The notes below the pieces were generated by a model, which saw nothing but the letters and a program-made list of their open reading frames with translations, did not search any database and had not been told where the DNA came from. The position numbers and the translations under genes are program-made. 35,627 nucleotides of DNA from an uncultured Planctomycetota bacterium (GTDB lineage Bacteria > Planctomycetota > PUPC01), in the NCBI GenBank assembly GCA_964494245.1, contig CAZBRH010000007.1, positions 3,566 to 39,192 on the forward strand. Direction: 5' to 3'. This document shows, piece by piece, positions 8,224 to 16,119 of the stretch (positions within the stretch are counted from its first letter, which is position 1; the number at the start of each line of letters is the position of its first letter).

Positions 8224-9570
8224 CTACACGAACGAATCCTTATCGGGGGCCACGGGGCCTCCGGCCGCGGGTCGTATGCTGGGTGCGAGAGGGACACGTG
8301 CCCGCCTCGACGCGAAGCGCATGCCAAGGTTTAGACCGAGGAAAAACATCGGGTGCCTGGTGTTGTATGGAAGACGCTTGAGGATCGAGCCAAGTCGATA
8401 GAAGGCCCGCCGGACGCGGAGTTGGCCCTCGGCCAACTCGAGCGGTGTCATCCGGGCGGGCTGGAAGACGACGGTCGTATGGTCATAGTGCTGCCAGTCC
8501 TCGGTGAGCAATCTTCCTTCGCGTTTGAAGTTCTCATAGACCTCCGTGCCGGGATAGGGGGTCAGGATGTTGAAGGTAGCGGAGTGGATGCGGGTCTCGA
8601 GAAGGAACCTGAGGGTCTCGTCGAAAATCTCCGGCCCATCCGAGTCAAAGCCAAAGACGACGGAGGCGTGGAAGCGGACTCCCGCGGCCTGGATGCGCCG
8701 GATGGCGTCCGCCAGGTCCTTCTGGTCCCGGAAGGACTTCCTCATCCGCTTCATCGATTCTTCCGAGACGGTTTCCATGCCGAAGAAGAGGGCGCGGCAG
8801 CCGCTGTCATACGCCGCACGCAGGAGGTCTTCCCGGTTGGCGAGGGACATGGACGCCTGGCCGACCCAGCGGATTTTCAGGGGCTTCAACGCGCGGAAAA
8901 GCTCCATCGCGTAATCAGGCCGGCCGACCACGTTGTCGTCGAGAAGGAGGTGATACCGGCGGCCCGAAAGCTTGATGTCCTCGACAACCCAGTCGATGGG
9001 AAAGTTCCTGATCGTCCGGCCGAAGACCTTCGAGACGGTGCAGAACTCGCAACTGTAGGGGCAACCGCGGGTGGTCATGACCGGGTTGACGTTCATGAAG
9101 CGCTTCCGCACCCCCAGGTCGCGGCGGGGATGGGGAACCTTGCTCAAATCCACCGGCTCTTCGGACTTGTAGAGGGGCTTGAGCTTGCCGGCCTCGGCAC
9201 CGGCCACCACCTCCGGCCAGACCGCCTCCCCTTCCCCGACGACCACGGCGTCGGCGTGCTGCTGCGCCTCTTCGGGCAGGACCGAGGCGTGCATGCCTCC
9301 GATGACGACCTTCGCGCCCTTCCGTCGGAAGTGGTCGGCGATTACATAGCCGCGGGGCGCGTTGGCCGTCATCAGACTCAGGCCCACGAGGTCGGGCGTC
9401 AGGGAGAGGTCGAGGTCCTCGAACTCCTCCATAACGATGCGGACGTCGTGCCGCTTGTCCGTGAGCGCCGCGAGCACCTGAAGCGCGATCTCCGGAATCT
9501 GAAGCGCGCTCGGCGTTCGCTCGGCGACATCCTTGCAGGGAGAGATGAGCAGTATTTTGTCGATTTTCAT
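8224..9570 (-). CDS. B12-binding domain-containing radical SAM protein (class B rSAM)
   Basis: 448 aa. The N-terminal region is cobalamin-binding-like (LVGLSLMTANAPRGYVIADHFRRKGAKVVIGGMHASVLPEE). The CxxxCxxC cluster CPYSCEFC is Cys170/174/177 (nt 9063-9040). No signal peptide. Confidence 0.85.
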   Translation of the reverse strand: MKIDKILLISPCKDVAERTPSALQIPEIALQVLAALTDKRHDVRIVMEEFEDLDLSLTPDLVGLSLMTANAPRGYVIADHFRRKGAKVVIGGMHASVLPEEAQQHADAVVVGEGEAVWPEVVAGAEAGKLKPLYKSEEPVDLSKVPHPRRDLGVRKRFMNVNPVMTTRGCPYSCEFCTVSKVFGRTIRNFPIDWVVEDIKLSGRRYHLLLDDNVVGRPDYAMELFRALKPLKIRWVGQASMSLANREDLLRAAYDSGCRALFFGMETVSEESMKRMRKSFRDQKDLADAIRRIQAAGVRFHASVVFGFDSDGPEIFDETLRFLLETRIHSATFNILTPYPGTEVYENFKREGRLLTEDWQHYDHTTVVFQPARMTPLELAEGQLRVRRAFYRLGSILKRLPYNTRHPMFFLGLNLGMRFASRRARVPLAPSIRPAAGGPVAPDKDSFV

Positions 9571-9625
9571 GCGCGAGATCGCATTTCGTGTGTTCTGTTT
9601 CTGTGCGCCATCGGGTATTCTATGC

Positions 9626-10948
9626 CTACGGGGTCTCTGCCTCCTGCTCTGACTTGCTGCCGACTCCAGCCGTCAGCAGACGGAACCCAACCTGAATGGC
9701 GGTGTCGGCCTTGTCCGGGTGCTTCTCGTAAGCGATGAGGGTTGTCCCCGCCCCGTTGGAGGCCAACGATGCGCCGCAGGCGGGGCTGAGCTGGGTGCCC
9801 GAGACGTGAATCTCGCGGCCCGATGGCCTTCCTTCTGGGGAAACGCGCGCGGCAAAGACCATATCGGCCGGCCAGCTCTTCTGCGGGCCGCGCGGCTGGT
9901 GCCACGCCGCGATGAAGCCCCTCCCGTCCCAGACGACGTCCGGGTCGAGGATGTGGTGCCAGCCGGCCTGGCCGTTCAGGTTGAAAGACCCAGGCGGGCC
10001 GGCCTCGGTGGACGGCTCGCGGTTTCCTTCGTGGTCGAAGAACGCGGCGTTCGCGTTGCGGGACGGCGTCGCGCGGCCGACGTGCGCCCAGTTGCGCCAG
10101 GCCATCAGGTATCCCTTCGGCCCCGCCGCCAACGCGACGGGGCCGGTGCCGACAGGCGTCGAGTAATGATGCCCCTTGATCTCAAACTCCTTCTCGACTT
10201 TGCCGTCCTTGACGAAGACGCCGCGGGCCGTTTCGCGGGCGCCGCCGTCGGAGCCCGACTGCGCGGCCCAGACGACGCAGCACCGGCCAGCCATCGCTGC
10301 GACATCGGGCATCACACGATGTGCCGACGCGCTCTTGGAAGCGCCGAGCGCAATGCCGTCGTAGTCGAGCACCTTTCCCTCCGGCGAAACGCGCGCCCCA
10401 TACACGTCATACTTCCCCGACCGGAAATCCTGCCAGACGACAAGGAAGTTCGCGCCGTCGAACGCGACGCGCGGAAACGCCTGGTTCCGCGGCCGCGCGG
10501 CGACGGGGACGCCGTCCGCATCGAGCACCTTGCCCTCGGGCGAGACACGCGCGGCATACACGTCGTAGTCCTTCTCGTTTCGGAGGTCCTGCCAGACGAC
10601 GAGGAAGACGCCTCCGCCAAACGCCGCACGCGGTTTCTCCTGCATGTCCTTCGCGCCCGACACGACGAATGGCTTCGCTTCGACGGGCTTGCCCGAAGCA
10701 TCAACGCGGCAGGCGACGATGTCCGCGACGCCGACGAGGTTCTCGTTCTTCGTAAGGTCGCCGGGCGCGATGCGGCCGGACTGCCAGGCGACGAGGTATG
10801 CGTTTCTGCCAAATGCCGCACAGGGAAAATAGGCGTCCTTATCTTCGTGCACAGGGAGCAGGATTTCCGGCGAAAGGTTCTCCTCGGCGGCAAAAGCGGA
10901 CGCTGTCAGGCAGAGCACTCCCGCAAGCGCCAGGCGAACAGTAGCCAC
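9626..10948 (-). CDS. Secreted repeat (beta-propeller-like) protein with an internally repeated VVWQD...YDVYGARVSPEGKVLD unit
   Basis: Lower part of track ORF 9626..12145. GGAGG lies 5 nt upstream of GTG at 10948, which gives (M)ATVRLALAGVLCLTASAFAAEE, a signal peptide. At least 6 degenerate repeats of about 52 aa follow. I read this as a separate gene from the upstream propeller protein (see findings). Confidence 0.6.
   Translation of the reverse strand: MATVRLALAGVLCLTASAFAAEENLSPEILLPVHEDKDAYFPCAAFGRNAYLVAWQSGRIAPGDLTKNENLVGVADIVACRVDASGKPVEAKPFVVSGAKDMQEKPRAAFGGGVFLVVWQDLRNEKDYDVYAARVSPEGKVLDADGVPVAARPRNQAFPRVAFDGANFLVVWQDFRSGKYDVYGARVSPEGKVLDYDGIALGASKSASAHRVMPDVAAMAGRCCVVWAAQSGSDGGARETARGVFVKDGKVEKEFEIKGHHYSTPVGTGPVALAAGPKGYLMAWRNWAHVGRATPSRNANAAFFDHEGNREPSTEAGPPGSFNLNGQAGWHHILDPDVVWDGRGFIAAWHQPRGPQKSWPADMVFAARVSPEGRPSGREIHVSGTQLSPACGASLASNGAGTTLIAYEKHPDKADTAIQVGFRLLTAGVGSKSEQEAETP
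10355..10633 (-). repeat. Intragenic tandem duplication; two units with a 156-nt period
   Basis: The units begin at 10355 and 10511 (gccgtcgtagtcgagcacctttccctccggcgaaacgcgcgcc... versus gccgtccgcatcgagcaccttgccctcgggcgagacacgcgcgg...). By eye they are roughly three-quarters identical. They encode ...VVWQDFRSGKYDVYGARVSPEGKVLDYDG and ...VVWQDLRNEKDYDVYAARVSPEGKVLDADG. Confidence 0.6.
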
Positions 10949-10965
10949 GCATGCCTCCAATTCCA

Positions 10966-12145
10966 CTACTTCACGCGCGTGAAGCGTGTGATTGTTCCGC
11001 CGAGTGCGACGCCGATGTAGGATGTTGCCATCCTCGTCGAAGGTCGGCGTGCCGCACCACTTGCTGATGGAGCCCATAGGCAGCCATTTCGCGTGGACCC
11101 AGCCGAGGGTCTTGTAGGGCGGCCTTTCGGACGGGTTGACCGGACCGAACGTGTCGATTACCTGGTCTTCGAGGTCGAGCCGGTAGAAGGTTGTGTTGTC
11201 GCCGCCGCCCTGGTAAAGCCAGCGGCGGTCGGGATTGTGGTGAACAGGACCGAAGGAGATGCCGCCGGGACAGCGCTGGACGGTTCCCTGGAATGGCCCT
11301 GTCTCGTTGAGCGTGCGCTTTGGCTCGCCCTCTTTGGGGATGGGCAGGATGCCGATGAACTTGTTGCCGTCGGCGAGGTCCCAGCACCAGATGGTCCAGT
11401 CAGCCCCGCCGGGAGCGCGGTTCGCGGCGTAGAGACGGTTGTGCACCTCGTCGAGAGCGATGTTCATGAACGCGCCGAAGAGCCGGTTGACGTTTCCGGC
11501 GCCGGTGAAATCCAACTTCCGCGTCTCGATGAGCTTCCCATCCGAATCGAGGATGCTGAGGAAGTCGCGGTTGAGGCCGTAGAGCCGCCCTTTGCTGTCG
11601 GCGGTCATTCCGCCGAAGCGGAGGTCTTTCGAGAGCGTGATGACCTCGCCTTTCACGAAGTCGATGCGGCGGAGCAGGCCGCCCATGTCCGGCTCGGTGA
11701 AATAGACAAAGCGGCCGTCGGGAGACGCGGCGACGCTATGGTCGTGCATGTATCCGATGCCGCCGAAGCGGGCGCGGGAGAGCGGGCCATCGAGGTAGCC
11801 GCGTGCGCGGCCGGCGATGGTGTAGAAGCGCTCGTTGAGGGGATTATATTTCCGGATAGCGAAGTCGCCGCCGGGCTCGAACCACCAGCCGATGGACGGC
11901 GCATTGCGGCACATCATCTCGCGGCGTGGGCCGTCGAGGTAGCCGGAAAGGCCGCTCCCCGCGTAGGGTTCCGCGTCCCGCGTCCACTGCGCGCCGGGGT
12001 CATTGACGCCTGTGGGGAACTTCGGGAGTTTCGGGATCGCGGGTTCGGTTGCGGCTTCCGCGACAGGGGCGAATAGGGAGAGCACAAAGACCGCCAGAGC
12101 CGCGTGATACTTCGTGGTTCCAGCACAAGGCGTTGTTGACTTCAT
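10966..12145 (-). CDS. Secreted NHL/SMP-30-like beta-propeller protein with an apparent +1 frameshift near 11020-11021
   Basis: The N-terminus MKSTTPCAGTTKYHAALAVFVLSLFAPVAEA is a signal peptide. Propeller-type motifs are present (DGRFVYFTE, DSKGRLYGL). In the ORF frame the text after FDEDGNI turns into Arg-rich junk (LHRRRTRRNNHTLHAR). Skipping one C gives DGNI-YIGVALGGTITRFTRVK, ending at TAG 10968-10966. Confidence 0.55.
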
Positions 12146-12170
12146 TCCGCGCTTCCTCTGGCCATCTTCT

Positions 12171-13394
12171 TTAGAACGTTAGCAGCAAATCCAGCAGCTT
12201 GCGGTCCAGCTTGTGGCCGCGCCAGTCCTCATATTCTACATCGCTGCGCTGGGAGTCAAGAACGCCGAAGCCGCCGCGGAAGTTCCAGAGCGCCCAGCCG
12301 ATGTTGTGCGATTTCAGGATTTCGAGGACGTCGCGCAGCCACGCGAGGAAGACGCCGTGCGGCGTGCGGTTCCACGCGCCGCCCTCGCCGCAGTGGACGC
12401 CGACGCCGCTCGCGGCAAGGTCTGCCCACTTGCGATAGTGCGCTTCGAGCCGCGCGCGGTCCCACGGCCCGTCGCCTCTTCCCTCAATATCCGCGCCCCA
12501 GTAATTGGACGCCCCGGGCCATGTCGGCGCAGGCCATTGTTCCGATCCTCTGAACCAACTTGCCTTCCAGTGGCTGATGCCGCAAGGCCAGTAAGCGCGG
12601 CAGCTCTGGGCTACGCCAGGCGCTAGGTCGGATATTTCCGGGCAGGGGTCATTGCCGTAGTTTACGCCGTCGGCGATGACCAATCGCTCCGGGTCAATCG
12701 CGTGGATGGCGTCCGCGGCCATCTTCACAACCCGCGCGTGGTCGGACCGCGTCATGACCCACGAGACCTTGTCGTCCGATTCCGGCGCCGGGCTTGGCGG
12801 CTCGTTCACCAGGTTGAAGCTGAGCGCGGCGGCGGGGATGCCGCGGTAGCGCCGTGCAAACATCTCCCAGTGGCGGCAGAAGAGTTGCTGAGCCGTCTCG
12901 CCCCGCCAAAGGTATCGCTTTTCTTTCACTTCGGGGTTGACCGAGTAGCCCGGCGCACGGTGGAAGTTGATGCAGACGTGCACGCCCAGCTTCTGCCCCC
13001 AACCAACTGCGCGGTCGATATGCTCCAGCGCCGGCTCGTGGATGCGGAACGCCGCGTCCTCCTCGCGTCCTTCGAGCCAGAGGAGGTAGCAGAGCGGGAG
13101 GCGGACGAAGTCGAACCCCATTTCGGCGATAAGCTGGAAGTCTTCCTCGCGGAAGCCGCCTTCGCTCCTGACGCTGAACATTTCCAAGAGGTTGAATCCC
13201 CGCCACCGGGGCAAGAGCGTCTGGGCGGGCACGGCGATAGTTTCTCCGGGAGGCCGGTCGTGGGCGCGGTCGATCCGGGGCGACTGCGCAACGGTATTGT
13301 ATACGCCGTCGTCGGCAGCGTCGATACAAAACTGCGAAAGCCCCGCCGCGGCCGGGCTCTCCTTATTCAGCCGGGTCCGAATGAAGCGCCGCAT
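12171..13394 (-). CDS. Glycoside hydrolase family 5 (cellulase/mannanase-type)
   Basis: 407 aa with WRGFNLLEMF...FREEDFQLIAEMGFDFVRLPL...GVHVCINFHRAPGY...LSFNLVNEPP (NEP acid/base motif)...HCGEGGAW. No obvious signal peptide. The start is uncertain because it overlaps the divergent FHA gene start. Confidence 0.8.
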   Translation of the reverse strand: MRRFIRTRLNKESPAAAGLSQFCIDAADDGVYNTVAQSPRIDRAHDRPPGETIAVPAQTLLPRWRGFNLLEMFSVRSEGGFREEDFQLIAEMGFDFVRLPLCYLLWLEGREEDAAFRIHEPALEHIDRAVGWGQKLGVHVCINFHRAPGYSVNPEVKEKRYLWRGETAQQLFCRHWEMFARRYRGIPAAALSFNLVNEPPSPAPESDDKVSWVMTRSDHARVVKMAADAIHAIDPERLVIADGVNYGNDPCPEISDLAPGVAQSCRAYWPCGISHWKASWFRGSEQWPAPTWPGASNYWGADIEGRGDGPWDRARLEAHYRKWADLAASGVGVHCGEGGAWNRTPHGVFLAWLRDVLEILKSHNIGWALWNFRGGFGVLDSQRSDVEYEDWRGHKLDRKLLDLLLTF

Positions 13395-15027
13395 ACTCCC
13401 GCTTGATTTTCAATCCGATTGGCGCATGATAGCGGCTGCCGGGAACTCCACTCTCCCGAAGATGCTGCTGGGCGCCTTGAGACGAGGGTGCACCTTGCCT
13501 TATCTGCGGATGCTTCCGAAAGACAACGCCGGCGAGCCGACAGACATCCCCCTCCCCGAAGGCCGCCCGTTCACCATCGGGCGCAGCAAGTCCTGTTCTT
13601 GCTCTGTCCGCGACCCCAAAATGTCGCGTGTCCATTGCGAACTCTCGGTCTCGGGCGGCATCGCAATTCTCGCTGACCTCGGCAGCATGAACGGCACGCA
13701 CGTCAACGGAAAACGTATTGCGTCCGTGGGATTGAAGGATGGCGACCTGATACAGGTTGGCTACACGCAGTTCCGATACAACGCTGGCGAGCCGAAGGCA
13801 AAGGCCGCTCCTGCGGCGCGCCCCGAAGCCGCCAAGTCCACCGCCATTGGCAGGAAGTCGGGCAGCCGAACGCCCGTCAAGCCGCCGCTTCCTCGCACTG
13901 CTGGCAGCGAGCAGGTAACGACAAGAATCAAGCCGTCGCCGGCTGCGCCGCCGCCGCTTCCTTCTCGTCCTGCCGAGCCGAGGCCGGCGGCGGCGCAGGT
14001 CGTTCCCGACTGCGAGGCCATCGCCGCTTCGTTGCGGATCATCCGCGACGCCCCGCCCCGGCCGCTCCGCAAAGGGGAAAAAACGTGTTCCTCGTGCCGG
14101 CAGCCGGTCACAATCAAGGAAATCAAGGCGGGCGAGGCGCAAGACCTCTTCGGGCAGGTCTGTTGCCGCCGGTGCCGAGAGTCCGACCCGCTCATCGGCC
14201 AGAACATTGCGGGGTGCCGCATCGACGCCAAGCTCGGTGTTGGGGCATGGTTCGCCTCTTACAAGGCCGAGCAGCTTTCCATGGCACGGCCGGTCACGCT
14301 TCGCGTGCTCCGCCGCGAGATTGCTTCCGACCCCGAACTGGTCACCAACCTCCTGGCCGCCGTGAAGCGCAGCGGTCAGATATCGCATCCGAACCTCGTG
14401 CGGATTTTCGACATTGGCCGCGCGGATGATTTTTGCTATGTCTGCTGCGAATACGTTGCCGGCGAGAGTTTGGAGCAACTCCCGCTTGCGAAGGCCGGAA
14501 TGCCCGTTCGGGAGGCGGTCGAACTCGTCGCCCAGATCGCCGGTGCGCTCGACGTCGCCCATCGGCGCGATGTCTTTCACCGCGATATCCGCCCTGCGAA
14601 CGTCATTCTGAACGACGAGCGCGTTCCCAAGCTGGCCGGACTCGGCTTCCTGCCCAGTCTCGAGGCCGCGAGCGCTGCCGGCGGCATCCCAATCCAGCAC
14701 TCCATCGATGTGCTCCGCTTCTGGCCGCCGGAATGCATGTTGCGTCCGGAACGCGCCGATCGCACCGCCGACATCTATTCGCTTGGCATTCTGCTTTACG
14801 CCCTGCTGGTTGGGCGGACGCCCTTCGATGCCGCCGATGGGCTCGGGCTGGTCCGCCAGGTGCAGACCCTGCGGCCCAGACCGCTCGATGCCGTCCGCAG
14901 GGACATCCCTCAGCGATTCAGCGCCGTCGTCGCAAAAGCCGTCGCCAAGAACCCCGCCGACCGCTATCCCGATTGCCAGCAATTCATCCGCGATCTTCGA
15001 ACTGCCTCCGGTGCGGCGACCCTGTAA
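13381..15027 (+). CDS. FHA domain, Cys4 zinc-ribbon-like motif and Ser/Thr-kinase-like domain protein (predicted pseudokinase)
   Basis: Track ORF 13192..15027, trimmed to ATG 13381 because the upstream part is antisense to GH5; downstream ATGs are also possible starts. The FHA domain reads PFTIGRSKSCSCSVRDPKMSRVHCEL...LGSMNGTHVNGKRI. A Pro-rich linker follows. The Cys motif is CSSC...CCRRC (14086-14175). The kinase fold spans about 14206-15000, with HPNLVRIFD, HRDIRPANVIL and ADIYSLGILLYALLVGRTPF. Confidence 0.75.
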   Translation: MKRRILPLDFQSDWRMIAAAGNSTLPKMLLGALRRGCTLPYLRMLPKDNAGEPTDIPLPEGRPFTIGRSKSCSCSVRDPKMSRVHCELSVSGGIAILADLGSMNGTHVNGKRIASVGLKDGDLIQVGYTQFRYNAGEPKAKAAPAARPEAAKSTAIGRKSGSRTPVKPPLPRTAGSEQVTTRIKPSPAAPPPLPSRPAEPRPAAAQVVPDCEAIAASLRIIRDAPPRPLRKGEKTCSSCRQPVTIKEIKAGEAQDLFGQVCCRRCRESDPLIGQNIAGCRIDAKLGVGAWFASYKAEQLSMARPVTLRVLRREIASDPELVTNLLAAVKRSGQISHPNLVRIFDIGRADDFCYVCCEYVAGESLEQLPLAKAGMPVREAVELVAQIAGALDVAHRRDVFHRDIRPANVILNDERVPKLAGLGFLPSLEAASAAGGIPIQHSIDVLRFWPPECMLRPERADRTADIYSLGILLYALLVGRTPFDAADGLGLVRQVQTLRPRPLDAVRRDIPQRFSAVVAKAVAKNPADRYPDCQQFIRDLRTASGAATL

Positions 15028-15258
15028 CCCGTCGCTCAACCGTGACTCAGACGGCCTTGGAGCACTCCGCCACCGCGCTGGCCGTTGCGCTGACTTCAGT
15101 TGGCATCGGCGTTTCGTCGGGCTCTTGGAGTGCGGCAGCACGATGCCGCTGTGGGGCCTTGCGGAGCGAGGGGGAGCATTCTTGTTGGCCGCTCCGCGGC
15201 CTTCGGCAGCCGCAGAGGAAGATGCCTGTCTGAATCACAGTTCGTTCAACGCGCGCTT

Positions 15259-15286
15259 TTGCTCCGCCCCGCCCGTCGCTTATAAT
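15259..15286 (+). promoter_or_regulatory. Putative sigma70-type promoter upstream of the nucleotidyltransferase-fold gene
   Basis: TTGCTC (15259-15264), 16-nt spacer, perfect TATAAT (15281-15286). The track's ATG at 15285 lies inside the -10 box, which argues for the downstream GTG start. Confidence 0.35.
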
Positions 15287-15311
15287 GGACGCACCGCTTG
15301 GAGGGACGCGT

Positions 15312-16082
15312 GTGCTGGAGATGCAGGAAACCGCGCTAGGCCTTTCGCAATTGCGGCTCTTTGTCGCCGACCGGATTGGGCCGTTCTTCCGCCGCATCCT
15401 TGACGAGCGGAAGGACCTTGTCGTGGCACTTCACGTGATTGGGAGCGCCGTCACGGAGGACTTTGACCCCGACCGGTCCGACATCAACTCGATGCTCGTC
15501 CTTCGTGAAGTCGATTTCGGCTTCCTTGACCTCGTGGGCGCACTCTGTCGCAAGTTCGCCGAAAGCCGCATCCGTCCCCCGATGTTGATGACGCCGAAAT
15601 ACATCGAGCGTTGGCGCGACCTTTCGCCCGTGGAGCTTCTCGACCTCAAGCTCATCAATGTGCGGGTCTGGGGCGCCGACCTGCTTTCCGACGTTGAAAT
15701 CGACCGGTCGAGCGTCCGGCTCCAATGCGGGCGCGAACTCCGCAACCGGCTCGTCCAGCTCGGCTGGGGCTACGTGGATGCTGCGGGCGGAAAACGCGAG
15801 TTGACCGAGCTTCTCGAGCGCTCGGTTTCCGGGTTGGCCCCGCTCGTCCGCGGCATCCTCTACGCGAAGGGCGACCAGCCGCCCATCGCAATCACGCCTC
15901 TCTTCGACGCGCTGTCCGGCTTCGTCGGCGGCATTGCCCTCTCCTTCAAGGAAGTCTACTGGATGAAGCTGCGCGGCGTCCGCATGCCCGTCTCCCGCGT
16001 CCGAGAGACCCTCAGAGACTACTATCGGGCAATCGAAGTTCTTATCGACGTCGTTGACCAGATGGATGTTTCACGTTCCTGA
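15312..16082 (+). CDS. Nucleotidyltransferase-fold (Pol-beta superfamily) domain protein
   Basis: Track ORF 15285..16082. GGAGGG (15300-15305) lies 6 nt before an in-frame GTG at 15312. The NTase signature is hG[GS]-x11-D-h-x in VIGSAVTEDFDPDRSDINSMLVL (15441-15488). The C-terminal part is helical. Confidence 0.6.
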   Translation: MLEMQETALGLSQLRLFVADRIGPFFRRILDERKDLVVALHVIGSAVTEDFDPDRSDINSMLVLREVDFGFLDLVGALCRKFAESRIRPPMLMTPKYIERWRDLSPVELLDLKLINVRVWGADLLSDVEIDRSSVRLQCGRELRNRLVQLGWGYVDAAGGKRELTELLERSVSGLAPLVRGILYAKGDQPPIAITPLFDALSGFVGGIALSFKEVYWMKLRGVRMPVSRVRETLRDYYRAIEVLIDVVDQMDVSRS

Positions 16083-16119
16083 AACCGTGCTCGCCGCGCG
16101 GTGCGAGGGCTGAGGTCCA

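Noticed and set aside
8224-9570. The radical SAM enzyme as a viperin-like antiviral enzyme or a RiPP maturase.
   Set aside because: It has an N-terminal B12-binding-like domain and a class-B layout rather than the viperin architecture. I found no short precursor-peptide ORF in the 55-nt and 101-nt flanking gaps.
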